DNA of 64,000 bases from Podarcis melisellensis (taxonomy: Eukaryota), in assembly GCA_964234715.1 (NCBI GenBank), contig OZ174289.1, one strand, 5' to 3'. Positions 1 through 13,088 of the stretch are shown in pieces. The notes under the pieces are model-generated. The model saw only the letters and a list, made by a program, of their open reading frames with translations. It did no database searches and was not told the origin of the DNA. The stretch's first letter is position 1, and the number at the start of each line of letters is the position of its first letter. The position numbers and the translations under genes are program-made.

Positions 1-368
1 CAAGCCTCTTCAATATCACCTATGATGCCTTTAATATATTACCTATTATTTTATAATGAAGATGAAATAAAATTATTTGGACAAGGGGAAGGGGTGGGGC
101 TTACTTGGCTCAAATATTTTTAAAGAGGCCAATGACCTCTAATAGGACCTGAGTTGCAACTGACTGTGATGCCAAGTAACAGACCAGGTCCTGCAGTTAA
201 TAAGAATTAAGAATAAGAATTTATTACATTCCCTGCCCATCTGGCTGGGCTTCCCCAAGGCAACAAATGATCCAAACACAGGCATTATGTTAATTGATTC
301 CTTTTGAAAAGCTCATTTTTACTTATAATCTATTAGGTAAAGACCTTGTTTTCCGAATCTATAAGGTA

Positions 369-590
369 CAGTCATACCTCGGGTTACAGATGCTTCAGGT
401 TGTGGTTTTTCGGGTTACGGACCGCCAAAACCCGGAAGTACCAGAATGGGTTACTTTCAGGTTTTGGCGGTCGTGCATGCGCAGAAGCGTCAAATCGCAA
501 CCTGCGCGTGTGCAGACGTGCAGCTGCGGGTTGTGAACGCTGCGGGTTGCGAACGTGCATCCTGCATGTTCGCAACCCGAGCGTCCACTG
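369..590. mobile_element. Tc1/mariner (Tigger/pogo-like) MITE
   Basis: TA|cagtcatacctcgggtt … aacccgagcgtccactg|TA; imperfect TIRs; related to 12819-13088 in reverse orientation. Confidence 0.85.
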
Positions 591-927
591 TATTAAACTC
601 TGACATGCTGCCACTTCTCATAACTCTGAAGGCGTGATGGGAGAAAAAATTGTGTGAGCATTTAGACAATACTATATGGAACAGAATCTGGATAAAAGCT
701 CTATTTAAATCTGCTTCAGTAAGAATCCAGGAAAATGCACTCAGTTATACACTGATGGTAAATATACCCATTATTATTGAGTAAAATGACTAAAAACATA
801 TCAGCTATATGTGGGAGAAATCGTAAAGCCACTGGCTCATTTATCCACATGTGGTGGCAATGCCCCAAAGTCTTCTTGTTTTGAAAAAAGTTTTTTTTTA
901 GGAAGCAGGGATTATCACAAAACAAGC

Positions 928-1034
928 TATCCCTCAGTTGGAGAGCATGGTGCTGATGACTCCAAGGTTGCAAGTTGGATCCCTATATGGACCAGATGAT
1001 CCTCAGGGTCCTTTTCAACTCTACAATTCTATGA
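928..1034 (+). mobile_element. tRNA(Ile)-like-head SINE with CR1-type tail, internally deleted
   Basis: ctcagttggagagcatggtgctgat…ccaaggttgcaagttggatccc head; tail …tcctcagggtccttttcaactctacaattctatga; homologous to 36689-36841. Confidence 0.75.
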
Positions 1035-1062
1035 AACCCCTTTGGATGTTAAGATTGACAAA

Positions 1063-1368
1063 GGGTGCCCTCTTGGTAGTTCCTCTTCCCTCAGAAACTT
1101 GGGGGATTGTGGCCCGGGCGAGGGCATTCTCTGTGGCAGCCCCTTAGTTGAGGAGCTCCCTTCCCACTAAGGTGCTTCTGGCAAGTTCAACGTACAATTT
1201 TTGGCGAATGCTGAAGACACGCCTCTTTAGCCTTCAGCACCACAAATCTAAATATTCAGGGCCAGCACAATGTTTTTTAATTTCATTTTGGGGCAAGTTT
1301 CTTTAATGTTGTATTTTAAATTGCTGTAATCCACTCTGGGACCTTAAAGTGAAGGGTGTGTAATAAAT
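1063..1368 (+). mobile_element. L2 LINE 3' end
   Basis: Decayed ORF2 C-terminus RAFSVAAP…SLP…LKTRLF followed by a T-rich 3'UTR ending …gtgtgtaataaat. Confidence 0.75.
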
Positions 1369-2810
1369 GCTGATACGAACAATACTCGCCGTGGCTAGTA
1401 AGCCCAGTTCTTTCTGCTGTGCTCCAGGCATTTATCTTTGTAGTGTTGTGCTGGTGATTCTTCTTCCTTTTGGAGGGAGGCGGGGGGGTGCCTCATATCT
1501 TTTATTCTATATTGTGAACTTCGTATTATAGAAGACACTTGCATTTTGCCTTCCATTTTGCAAAGCCATACAGACTGAAAATAATGGTGATGTATAGTAG
1601 AAAGTGGGGAAGAGGCCTATTGAGAAAGTCCTTGTTTTCTGCCTTTCTTGACACAATTAGTGATAAAAAAACAAGGAATGTACTTCCTGGAGACTCATTT
1701 GCCCAAGCGCTTGGGGTCTGGCTATTTCCACCCAGTTATGCGCATGGGAGAAACATTCCATGCGTTCATGCACCAGGGTTTCCTTTCTAGCATTCATAGC
1801 TTTGCAACTCTCTCTCTTTCGCTTTTTTCCTCAGGCTTTGTTTTGGTCAATTTTCTCAGCGTAATAGAAACAACATTTGTGTTGCCTATCTATTCTCTGC
1901 TTCCCTCCCCAAATTTTCACATTATTATAGAGAAATAGCTTACCAGAGACAAGATCTATTCATGTTCAAAGCTATTGATTTTTAATTAATGTTGCCTGGG
2001 CTCCTGCATATTGGTAAAATTTCTAACAGCTTGTGGCATTTTCATTTCATTTCATTTCATTTGTATTTTGACAGTGCCATTCAGATCTCATGATAAAGTA
2101 CCTCCGTCAGGTTAAATGTGTTAAAACATTAAGCAGAAAGAACCGAATGCAGCACTGGGGCTGCCTGGAAACATTGATATTGTGCCAAAGCATTTAAACA
2201 ATTTGGTTTCCTAGTTCCACACTGCTTCTCAAATCCCTTGCTAATTAATCCAGTTAATTCTTTGTAGACTAACTTGTAGGCCTGAGCCTCATCGTCTAAG
2301 CTTCTATCATTGAGAGCCTTACTTTGTGTTCTGAGCGAACCTGGGCTCCGTTAGGAAGGTGTTTGTGAAATGAGTACTAGCAGATGTCAATGCATTTTTG
2401 TTAGTCTTTCATAATGCTCTGTGTGGGTGCATGCAGAGTTGGGTGTGGGTGGGTGTGGAGTTTAATGCCTACGTGTGGCAGATTCAAAGAGACTGAATCA
2501 TTGCTGAAACTTAGGGAAGCAGTTATCCTATTCGTGCCCTCTTCAGTATGAGCCAAATCTACCTTTCAGTGGTGAACTTAAAATCCTGGATCCTGCATTT
2601 TAAATGCTACTTAGTACCACACAGCAAGAGGAAACAGAGCCAATTTGGGAGCACTGCCTTTTTAAAATTTGGGCTTCTGAGACATTGGTATGCCTGTTAT
2701 TTTAGCAGTAATTTCATTTCTATACTGCTTTATATTTTAAAGAAAAAAATCTCAAAGCAGTTTACAACACATTAAAACATCAAATCCCCATAGCAGAAGG
2801 ACACTAGGAA

Positions 2811-2912
2811 GTCATTGTGGTGTAGTGGTTAGAGTGTTGGAGTAGGACCTGGAAAAGACCAGGGTTCAAATCCCTTCTCCGTCATACCATTCTATGATTC
2901 TATGAAGCTCAC
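2811..2912 (+). mobile_element. tRNA-derived CORE-type SINE head with a short CR1-tail (attctatg)2 insert
   Basis: tgtggtgtagtggttagagtgttgg…gggttcaaatccc (A/B boxes), homologous to 44176-44415; ccattctatgattct interrupts at about 2887-2901. Confidence 0.7.
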
Positions 2913-3332
2913 AGCCTCTTCCATTGGATCTTAAACAAAACAAGGCCATTCGTGTTTAATTTTCTCCAGATGAGTTCAGGATTCCTACCTTGAGAACTAA
3001 GGATCCATGATTGTCAGAGATGTAGCTAGTCATATAGTCTTCATCCTTGTCATATATAAAGTGCAATCAATGCCTGGCTGCAATCTTTTGCATAGTTTCA
3101 TGGAGGTAAGCTCTATTGAACTCACAGGTGCTTCATTCTGATTGGAAAGGTGTGAACTGATCCTTTAAATATATTCAGCCAGCTGAAATGCAGTCCCTTT
3201 ACCTTTTAGTTAGAAATATAAACAATCTTTCAGAGCAGGATTACCACCAAAACTGTTAGCATGAAGTCCGAATCATGAAAAGAGCACTATCCAGCCTCTG
3301 CTTTTTATTTTGCTTTCCCCATTCTCTGGGTT

Positions 3333-3810
3333 GTTGTCGTTTAGTCGTGTCCAACTCTTTGTGACCCCCTGGACCAGAGCACACCAGGCACTCCTGTCTT
3401 CCACTGCCTCCCGCAGTTTGGTCAAACTTATCCTGGTAGCTTCGAGAACACTATCCAACCACCTCTCGTCCTCTGTCATCCCCTTCTCCTTTCCCTCCAT
3501 CTTTCCCAACGTCAGGGTCTTTTCCAGGGAGTCTTCTCTTCTCATGAGATGGCCAAAGTCTTGGAGCCTCAGCTTCAGGATCTGTCCTTCCGGTGAGCAC
3601 TCTGGGCTGATTTCCTTAAGAATAGATACGTTTGATCTTCTTGCAGTCCATGGGACTCTCAAGAGTCTCCTCCAGCATCATAATTCAAAAGCATCAATTC
3701 TTTGGCGATCAGCCTTCTTTATGGTCCAGCTCTCACTTCCATACATCACTACTGGGAAAACCATAGCTTTATGGATCTTTGTTGGCAAGGTGATGTCTCT
3801 GCTTTTTAAG
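3333..3810 (-). mobile_element. Bov-B (RTE) LINE, 5'-truncated
   Basis: Minus-strand peptide LRVPWTARRSN…LKLRLQDFGHLMRREDSLEKTL; (CAA)n-type tail; 12-bp TSD attctctgggtt at 3321-3332 and 3811-3822. Confidence 0.95.
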
Positions 3811-5149
3811 ATTCTCTGGGTTACCCTGTGCTAATGTGTCCCACACAATCTTGAAAGCTTCATTCTCACCTCATTCAGTTGGTAGAACAAGGAGTGTCCA
3901 TCCGTTACCCTGGATGAGTTACCCTGGATGTACTGGCAGATGACATCAATAGTCCTGTTCTGAAAAAGTCCTGGAGCTGCACTTCTCTGTGCTTGCAGTG
4001 TTCTCAAAATGCTTGTACTCTAAATTATTTACTATCTGTACTAGGGCTTCCTGAAATAGAATAAATGAGAAGTTCAAATCTGGGCTGATTTTTACGTATA
4101 GCATAAATTGCCCATGACTCACAATGGGTGGGACTTGGATTTGAATAGCATCTTCCTAATCTGCATTCTATTCATGATATTTCTTGGCTGGTACTACTTC
4201 TAAATTGCCCCATTCAAGCTGCTTCCGTCCCCCCCCCCTCAAAATCTGTCAATTCTATTGGCTGTGTGCAAGATGGCAAACATATCCAGCATGTGTTGGA
4301 TGGCTATGTTGACGGTGTAATACTAGCAGTATAAATGTGCCCTGAACGGAGCTGTCGGATTTGATTACAAAAGCCCACTTATGAACAGATCTCCTTCCTC
4401 TTCGTTGTCTTTCTTTGAGCTTCTGCAACTCCCCTCCCCACAATCATTTCTCAGAGGTGAAAGGCACTTCTTGAATTTGATCAATGCCATTAAAGATTGA
4501 TTGGGAAGCAAGAACATGCATCCAAGCAGGTGTTCAGCATTTCCTATGGAGTTTGAAGGATCTTTATAACTTTTGCTCAGTTTACCTTCGGAGAAGGAGC
4601 TCAACAAAGTGGGGGAAATAGCTGGTTGGTAGGATGCATGTTGTTGTTCTTGCCAGAATCTAAAACTCTTTGTAGTTTTCAAACACATACTCTTCCTGTT
4701 TCCATTTAGTATGGGATTACATGTGTTTTGAGGCCTTCACCTTGGTTCCAGAAGGCAGAACTGAGGTGGATGCGCATGTAGCTCAAGGGAACCTATGCAT
4801 AAGGATACACAGTGCATTGTATGGCCAACCACATAGGCTATTGGGCGAATGGGGATTGTGGCAGGACTCGCTACTGGCCTCAGACTTGGGAATGGTAGGA
4901 CTGGAAGGGAAATGAGTCAGGAGGACCACAGTCCCAGTTGCCCTGAGATAAGGCCTTTCCCCAGAGCTCACTTGTTGCAGAGGTGATGGCAGGCAGCAAC
5001 CAGCCAACCATCAGGGACAGACCGCAGAAGAGTCAGCCACCTTACTGAGGCTAAGTGGGTCTTGGTCTTGTCAGTGTCTTGGAGCAATGCACATGCTGCT
5101 TTAAGACTGAAGATGTAGAAAAGTGGAATATAAATGTAATAAATAAATA

Positions 5150-5478
5150 CAGTGGTGCCCCGCAAGACGAATGCCTCGCAAGACGAAAAACCCGCTAGAC
5201 GAAAGGGTTTTCCGTTTTTCGATGCGCTTCGCAAGACAAATTTTCCTATGGGTTTCCTTTGCAAGACGAAAACGTCTTGCGATTTTTTTTGCTTTCCCCC
5301 CCTTTTTCTAAATCGCTAAGCCACTAATAGCCTTTTAGCCGCTAAGCCTTTAATAGCTGCTAAGCCGCTAATAGTGCTAATCCACTAAGCCGCTAATAGG
5401 GTTGCTTCGCAAGACGGAAAAACTGCTAGACGAAGAGACTCGCGGAACGGATTATTTTCGTCTTGCGAGGCACCACTG
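5150..5478. mobile_element. Tc1/mariner (Tigger-like) MITE with internal short repeats
   Basis: TA|cagtggtgccccgcaagacga … tcgtcttgcgaggcaccactg|TA; repeated gcaagacgaa and gccgctaa units. Confidence 0.9.
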
Positions 5479-5611
5479 TAAGTAGTGGTGATGTGGGAGA
5501 ATAAGTGCTGTAGGTGAATTCTATATTGCCACAAGTGTGAGTGTTGAAACAAGGAGGTTGGAATGAACACTCTTGCAGCAGCAGGGAGCTAGTCAGGCAT
5601 AGCCCAGGCCA

Positions 5612-5876
5612 CAGTGGTGGAGCTTCATGCTCCAGCACTGGGGGGTGGAGAGCACGAGGGGGCAGGGCTGGCATGTGTCCCAGGGGTGGGGCGCGTCACC
5701 CAAAGGGACATGGTGTGTGTTCTGGGGGCATGGTGCACCGCCCGTAGGGGCGTGGCACGCCACCTGTGGGGGTGGAGTGCCCAGCACGGGCATGGGGGCA
5801 GCTGCAATGGAACCCTACTGGAATGGTGCTGCCGGGGGCGGGGCGTTCCCCCCACCCCCCTCTTCCTCTGCCTGTG
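5612..5876. mobile_element. GC-rich non-autonomous hAT element
   Basis: 8-bp TSD ccaggcca (5604-5611, 5877-5884); imperfect TIR cagtggtggag / ctctgcctgtg. Confidence 0.8.
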
Positions 5877-6100
5877 CCAGGCCAGACACTTCAAGCAATG
5901 CTGGGCAATAAAAATCCCTGATAGGATGGTGTAGGAGTGGGCTTGCTGTGTTTGCTCTAGGTACCGTAAATCCTTGTAGACGGAAAAAAGTTGTAGTGGG
6001 CTGTTGTACAGCCTGATTCCTTGGACATCATTAAATCGGCAGAGAGAAATGTTGTTGGACATGTTGGACAGGAAGCTATTTTGAATATCACTAAATATCA

Positions 6101-6442
6101 GGGACGCAGGTGGCGCTGTGGGTTAAACCACAGAGCCTAGGACTTGCCAATCAGAAGGTCGGCAGTTCGAATCCCCACGACGGGGTGAGCTCCCGTTGCT
6201 CAGTCCCTGCTCCTGCCAACCTAGCAGTTCGAAAGCACGTCAAAGTGCAAGTAGATAAATAGGTACCGCTCCAGCAGGAAGGTAAACAGCGTTTCCGTGC
6301 GCTGCTCTGGTTCGCCAGAAGCGGCTTAGTCATGCTGGCCACATGACCCGGAAGCTGTATGCCAGCTCCCTCAGCCAATAAAGCAAGATGACCACTGTAA
6401 CCCCAGAGTTGGTCACGATTGGACCTAATGGTTGGGGATCCT
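6101..6442 (+). mobile_element. Sauria SINE (Squam1), full length
   Basis: gggacgcaggtggcgctgtgggttaaacc head, body gtgcaagtagataaataggtacc, Bov-B-like 3' end; TSD taaatatca(g) at 6092 and 6443. Confidence 0.95.
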
Positions 6443-7230
6443 TAAATATCAGTTTCACAGAAGAAAAATTGTGAAGCCCCCCTACCAAACAGGCAAAATA
6501 CATAACCCCTCCCCCAAAATAAAACAGTAAAGAGGTAACTCCTCCCCCAAAACTAAAAAGAGGTAGCACATCCCCCAAAACAGACACCCCCAGCTCCCCC
6601 AAAAGGCAAGCTTCTCCATATAAAAATCAAAGTGATGGATGCAAAAGTGGTGTGTGAGGGTGCTGTGGTGCCCACAGGTGCCAGTTGGGCACCCCTAGTC
6701 TAAGCTAAAAATAAATAAGAATCAGTTCCTGTGAGTTCAGAAGCTAGCATTGTTTTATAGCAGACATGTTCAACGTGTCGATTGTGTGATGGATTTTCGT
6801 TGATAACGACCAAGGCCTTGGTGCACCTCCACCCGCCACCCTCTCCCATGGCTGCTGGGCGCCCTCCGCAGGCGACATGGGTGGTCGAGGCTCCACTTAG
6901 CCAGGCTTGCTCACCGCTGCTGCAGCAAGCAGCCTCCACCTTGCAGCCGCTTCAACCACCCCACTCTGGCCACTGGCTTTGCCCGATGCCCAATCAGCTG
7001 GCTGACCTGGAAAGGCGCAAGTCGCCTGCCTCCACCCCCTGCAAGCCACAGCCTCAGGGCAGGGAGGTGGAGGGTGGTTGACAATGCGCTTGGGCTCTGC
7101 ACGGGCTGCAGCAGGAGGGGGCTGGTGTGGGGGTAATTATTTGTTATTATTTTTATCATCATCATAATTTATTATCTATACCCTGCCCATCTGGCTGGGT
7201 TTCCTCAGCCAGGTTAAATAGGTTTAAGTT

Positions 7231-7562
7231 CAGGGGTTGTCAAACTACAGTCCGCGGGCTGGATACGGCCCGAGGGCATCAATAAACCGGCCCCTGGCCC
7301 TTACCGCCTGCTTGGTCAATCCCTGTGTGGAGCTAATCCAGCACAGCGCGCCGGTTTAGCTCCGTGCGGGGACTGTCTTCCAGGATGCAGCCACGGCTTC
7401 CTATTGGCTGCTGGAAGATCATGCAGCCAATAGGAAGCCGCAGACGCCTCCTCCTCCCCCGCCATGGCTCCGAAAGCCAGCAGGAAAAGAGCGGCGGGCG
7501 TGTGCATGTGCTCCTGTGCACTGATGATCCGACCCGCTGGTGGAAAAGTTTGCCGACCCTTG
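7231..7562. mobile_element. hAT (Charlie-like) MITE
   Basis: TIR caggggttgtcaaact / agtttgccgacccttg; perfect 8-bp TSD tttaagtt (7223-7230, 7563-7570). Confidence 0.9.
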
Positions 7563-8227
7563 TTTAAGTTGAAGAGAGTGTTGGAGATCACTGCCAGTTT
7601 TTGATGCTGGATAGTAAATTGCAACCTAATGGAAGTTGAACATGCCTGTTTTATAGCAATAGTGTAGGAATACAATGAATGAATGTAAAAACTGGGTTCT
7701 TGTGGAATACTTTGATGCAAAGGAAGGGTTTGTGAAGGTTCAATCTAGACAAATTGGACTGGGAAGGAGAATAAGTAGTCAGTATAGGTGCCATTGCTGG
7801 GTTTACTGGAGAACAGCAGATGGTAATATGGGAGATTGGGACAAAAGATAACCATGAAAGTAGGACTTTCCCCCCCAGCCAGAACTCACAGGAACTCTCC
7901 AGCATCTCTCCGGTGTACACCATTGCCATTATAAGAGAACAAGGGAGGCATTCACAGTGAGTTCTGGCACCTTGTTTTTGAGAAAAATAGCACTGCATGA
8001 AAGGTATTGGGAGGAAGAGTGGACCGGTTTATACATGGTGCAGGGGTGGTGGTGGATAAGAGTGCGGATCAAAACATCAACAGGCAAGTGCCAAGTTTGG
8101 ACATGAAATAGTGCTTCCCTTCCTTTGGGCTAAGATCTGGTGTGTGGTTTTATATCTGTTTTTGGGATTCAGTGACAAACACAAAGCCTATATGCCTCTG
8201 AATATTGGTTTCTGGGGATTACCTGTG

Positions 8228-8353
8228 GGCAGAGTGCTGTTGTGTCCCAGGTCTACCTTCATGTTTCTCATAGGCATCTAGTTGGCTATTGAAAGAACAG
8301 GAAGCTGGACTAGATGAGCCATTGGCCTGATCCAGCAGGCTCTTATGTTCTTA
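8228..8353 (+). mobile_element. CR1-type LINE 3' UTR remnant (tail tcttatgttctta)
   Basis: ggcatctagttggc…gctggactagatgagccattggcctgatccagcaggctcttatgttctta; related pieces at about 10108-10160 (-), 17240-17500 (-) and 23545-23645 (+). Confidence 0.6.
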
Positions 8354-9632
8354 CTTAGTCTAAGTGTAAAGGCATGATAGATTTCTTCTGGAATATTAGG
8401 GTTTTTCCTGTTTCTGCTGAGCTCTGTTTTGTGGAGTTGCGACAGCTCTGAGACTTTCTTTGGGAGCAGAAACCGATGTATTGGATCCCAAAGGATATTT
8501 TCTCTCTCCTCCATGCTGAGGTGTTTTGAAATAAATAAATAAATAAATAAATATTTATCTGCACCTCTGTATCTGTTATTCCAACTGGCTGGTTTAGGAA
8601 TATCTCATCTTAACACCCAACAGCCTGCTTTGTGTTTGAAACTTTGTTGTGTTTCTGCCAATTTGGCCCCTTCAGAGCTCACTCTCTTTCCAAGACCATT
8701 AATGAGTCTCTAAAAGGACACACAGGGTCCAGTGCAGATCTTGGGGTGCCCTGCTGCTTTCCTCTCTCCATTGAGAAAATTGGGCATTTATTCCTCCCCT
8801 TTGTTTCCGTATCTTTTCACTGGTTGCTGATCCATGAAAAGGCTCTCCTTTCTTATCCTGAGTCTACTACTGAGCCTCCTGAGAGCCTTTGCCAATGGAT
8901 TTTTCCAGGTTCCTTCTGCAAATCCAAGCAGACCACGAACTGCCCTTTACCATATGCTTGTTGACGTACTGGAAGGATGCAGATATTCTTGAAAGCTCCC
9001 ATTCTTTTCCCTTTCCAATTGTCTTCTGTTTTGAGGGGGACCTTCTCCAGTTCTCCTGGATCAGTTATGTGGGATGCATTGATAGCAAGTGCAGTCTCCC
9101 ATCAGAAAAGAGAGAAAATGAACAGCCATGAAGCCACTTCTGAGAGGTGTGCAGTATAGAAATATTATTGTGGTACTACTTCTGAAGATCAAACCTATTG
9201 CAGGGAATAACAAAGGCAAGCTCCTGTAGGAAGATTCCATGTGCCCGCACAGTTTCTAATACAAACAAATACTGCCTTTAGAAATAATAATAATTCTGTG
9301 TGCCTAATGCACTTTCAGAAAGAGCACCTATTCATTAGCGGAAAGGTATGGAGAACGAGCCACTTCTAAGACTGCTAACCCTGCGCTGCCAAGGAGCTTC
9401 TCCTTATTCCTGATATAAATTGGCTCTTAGAAGTACAAAAGCACTAATAAGTTTTTCATTGTTCATATTTTTGCACGCTCCTTAGCATAGCCATTCATTT
9501 TTATGGATGCTGCCTTCTGCAGGATAGGCTGAAATAGATTAGTTTTGAGAGAAGAGCCCATGTACTGAACCTTGAAAAAGCAGAATATAAAGAATTCAAA
9601 CATATTACTCTTCTCCCTTAAAAGTTGCTATA

Positions 9633-9874
9633 CAGTGGTACCTCGGGTTAAGTACTTAATTTGTTCCGGAGGTCCGTTCTTAACCTGAAACTGTTCTTAA
9701 CCTGAAGCACCACTTTAGCTAATGGGGCCTCCTGCTGCTGCCGCGCTGCTGGAGCAAGATTTCTGTTCTCATCCTGAAGCAAAGTTCTAAACCCGAGGTA
9801 CTATTTCTGGGTTAGCGGAGTCTGTAACCTGAAGCGTCTGTAACCTGAAGCGTATGTAACATGAGGTACCACTG
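9633..9874. mobile_element. Tc1/mariner (Tigger-like) MITE
   Basis: TA|cagtggtacctcgggtt … atgaggtaccactg|TA; internal taacctgaagcg repeats; same family as 43647-43895 (inverted). Confidence 0.92.
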
Positions 9875-10696
9875 TATTAGCCACTGGTTTGGTATGTACT
9901 ATATCATCATGAGTTCCAGGCTCAGCTTCCTTGCATATGATGACCTTTGCATGACTGCAGTTCAACAGTTGCAGAATATTCAGTGCAATTGACCGTGGAG
10001 TCCACAATTTGTTCCATGATTTCTGGACACCTTGTGTGTAGGAATGGGGGCCTTTAAAACTCCTTTTTATGAGGGATGCTTTAAACTGTGTAGCTCAGCC
10101 TTTGAACATAATGAGAGCCTATTAGATCAGGTCAGCCGCCCATCCAGTCCATCTTCCACCAGGCCCAGCCAGTTCAAAATATCTGGAGGACAACAGGTTG
10201 GCAAAGGTTTAATGTAGCTGCTATAGCTCGACCTTGGAGTAACTGAAAATTACCATTGATGTAGTGAATATGGGGTAATTGCATAAGGATAAGTTTTGAG
10301 GTGGGTGTGACCATACTTTCTGTTTCAACACAACGTCTGACACTCTGTGGGATCAGGATTAGGTTGCCTTTTCCTAACTTCTTACCTTAGCCCAATTGTA
10401 ACAACATTTCGGAACAGCAAAAATGGCTAGGTGTTTGATGTGCTGGTTATTTTCCACCACCCGCTTCTTCCAGGCAGACATTTTTCTAAAAATTTCTGTC
10501 GCATCTGAGATATCAGTTTGGCACTTTTGAGCAGGAAGTACTCCAAAACTGAAAGTTATCTCTCAGGCCTGTATTCTGTGTTGTGGAACATTTTCTTCTC
10601 TTATCCTGGCTGTGCAGAGTTCTGTGAAAATCTGTTGAATAACCTTTTGGATTTTGGAAGGATATTTGTCCAAATTAATTATTCTGGAGTCTCAGA

Positions 10697-12330
10697 CTTT
10701 CTTTTTTCTTTTAAATTGATTTTTAATTTCAAGTAACAAAACACACCCATACAAAATAGTAGTTGTACAGAAAAGGAAGAAAAAATAATAGTGGCTTATG
10801 ACTGTAGTTTCCGATGTTCCAAGAAAGGCAGCCAAATGAAAGTGTCTCTCCATAAGGTTCTGTGAGTTGATCAAGGGTGAAAATCACACTCAATTGTCTT
10901 AACAAAGTCAATAAAATGATACCATGTCATCTAGGAGGTATGGGTCTTCCCTCCCCCAACTAACATTCTGTTTATGGAATGGTTAATTTGCCCATAATAT
11001 GCCCAATGTCCCATACTTGCAGAATCCAGGCTTTTAAAAGATTTGCATTTAAAATTTTCTAATTTTTTTTGCTATCACCAGTCTAGCTACAGTCAATAAA
11101 TGGAGGATGAGGGCTTTATTGGTTATGTTATCTATCGGAGGAGTAAAATAAGATAGTAGGGCCAATTTTGGTTTAGTTCTAGTGATTATCCCTTCTTTTG
11201 CTTAATTGTTTGATAAACTTTTTTGCAAAAGGAAATAATTTTTGGACAAAACCACCACATGTGTACTCCAGAGCCAGGTAAATTGCTTTCCCACCAGCAC
11301 AGTTTGGATGTGTTACAATTAATTCCATATAATATGGCCAGGCACATGTACCAATTATGTGCTATATTCAAAGCATTTTCTTAATTTATAATCGAGACAG
11401 ATCCAAATGTTAGCTTATTCCAAATTTGTTCCCATAGCGGTTCCTCTAATTCTCCAAAATCTTTCCCCTATTTTAGTCTTGATGAAGTGAGAGGAAGGGT
11501 AGGCAATTGTGTGAGGATTTTACATAGTTGGAAGATGATACCCTTTCCCAGTGGGTTGGTTGTGTTGAATAGTTGCTCAAAACCATTTAAGCTGCATAAT
11601 GCTTGAGTCCTTTTATTTGGCTGATTTAGAAAATGTATAATCTGGTGTATCTCTAACCAGCCACATGGTATATCTCCCAATATAAAATTCATTTCTGGAG
11701 CTGTAGGAGTCTTTTGATTAGTGTAGATTAGAAGAAATCTCTGAGTTTATATAATCCTACCTAACAAATGAGCCTTATTTGGCTGCTGTGCGAAAGGAGG
11801 AGGGTTGAGTTATTGAGACTAAAGGGGAATCAAAAGGTAAAAGTTTCAGTCTCCATTCCTTTCATATGGTCAAATCTGATTTTAGTAAGGGCTTAATGTC
11901 TTCTAGTGTCTTCTTGTTCATTTTTCTGAAAAGGAAGAGATCACATCAAGTCTTGACCTCTATCATCATTCATTTTTAACCAGGGGACCTGGTCTGAGCC
12001 TTGTAAAATCAAAAGGATATTGTGTAAGTGAGTGGAGTCTTTATACCATTTTAGGTTAGGTATTGCTATACCTCCTTCTTTCTTGATTCTATAAAGGGCT
12101 TTATGAGGTAGCCAAGGTCTCTTGTTTGCATGAATAAGATCTAGTAGGTTTTTTTTTGCCAGCTATTGGTGTGACAGATGGGTATGCTTATTTGTAAGAC
12201 TCGGAGTGAGTAAATACGTTGCACTAAGATCAGTCAGTCTGCTGATGTGGAAGGCAGTCTATGTTTCTTGTGTCATATTTGCATTTGTCCATCCATAAAT
12301 CAGGTCTTCCATAAATCCGTTTCTGTGTTA
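10697..12330 (-). mobile_element. L1-clade LINE, decayed 3' part of ORF2
   Basis: Minus-strand motifs KKEGGIAIPNL (about 12050-12085) and NWY…LCWW…GVHMWWFCPKIISF (C-terminal Cys/His region); A-rich tail near 10700. 5' limit approximate. Confidence 0.8.
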
Positions 12331-12601
12331 ATCTGTATTTTAAAAATAATCTGCATAAAATTTGGATTTAAGTAGGCATTTCTAAACTTACTGTCTCTCT
12401 AAATATACTTTTTTGATATACTGTATTCAGAATCCTTTTCTTAAAAGCTGAAAACTGTGTTGGAACATTTGGGAGTTCACACATTTGTCTGGAAGGTACA
12501 GATCAGTTTGCTGGGAATATGCAGTCTGGATTCCAGAAGGTGGTTGGATAGTTTGAAGGTTATCATTCTCAACAATCATGTCTAAGAAATAACTGCTTAT
12601 A

Positions 12602-12816
12602 CAGTCAAACCTTGGTTCCTGAACAGCTCTGTTTTGGAATGCTTTGGCTCCCAAATGCCGAAAACCCAGTTTTCAAACGTTTTTTCAAAAGCTGAACGTC
12701 CGACGCGGCTTCTGCTTGAGTGCAGGAAGCTCCTGCAGCCAATTGGAAGCTGCGTCCTGGTTTTCGAACGGTTTCAGGAATCGAATGGACTACGTTCAAC
12801 AAGCGAGGTTTGACTG
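12602..12816. mobile_element. Tc1/mariner MITE
   Basis: TA|cagtcaaaccttggtt … aagcgaggtttgactg|TA. Confidence 0.88.
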
Positions 12817-12818
12817 TA

Positions 12819-13088
12819 CAGTGGTACCTCTGGTTGCAAACGGGATCCGTTCCGGAGGCCCATGCGCAACCTGAAAAGAACGCAACCCGCGCCTGTGCAT
12901 CTGTGCACATGCGGGTCGCAATTCACCGCTTCTGCACATGCACGTGAATGTGCGTGACGTCATTTTGCGCATCTGCACATGCGTGAGCGGCGAAACCCGG
13001 AAGTAACCCTTTCTGGTACTTCCGGGTCGCCGCGGGACGCAACCTGAAAATGCGCAATCTGAGGCAAACATAACATGAGGTGTGACTG
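12819..13088. mobile_element. Tc1/mariner MITE sharing a TA with the preceding element
   Basis: TA|cagtggtacctctggtt … aacatgaggtgtgactg|TA; reverse-orientation relative of 369-590. Confidence 0.88.

Noticed and set aside
3310-3834. 174-aa + ORF (and 20585-21229 on -)
   Set aside because: Antisense reading frames of Bov-B fragments.
5150-5478. Regularly spaced gcaagacgaa / gccgctaa repeats, superficially CRISPR-like
   Set aside because: Short, irregular and bounded by TIRs and a TA duplication; internal MITE repeats in a vertebrate genome.
5612-5876. GC-rich block as a possible CpG-island promoter with overlapping ORFs
   Set aside because: Bounded by an 8-bp TSD; CpGs largely decayed; it is a hAT MITE.
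11019-11030. gcagaatccag resembling the start of DENND1A exon 2
   Set aside because: No AG acceptor or continuing match; lies inside the antisense L1. Exon 2 is presumably upstream of the window.
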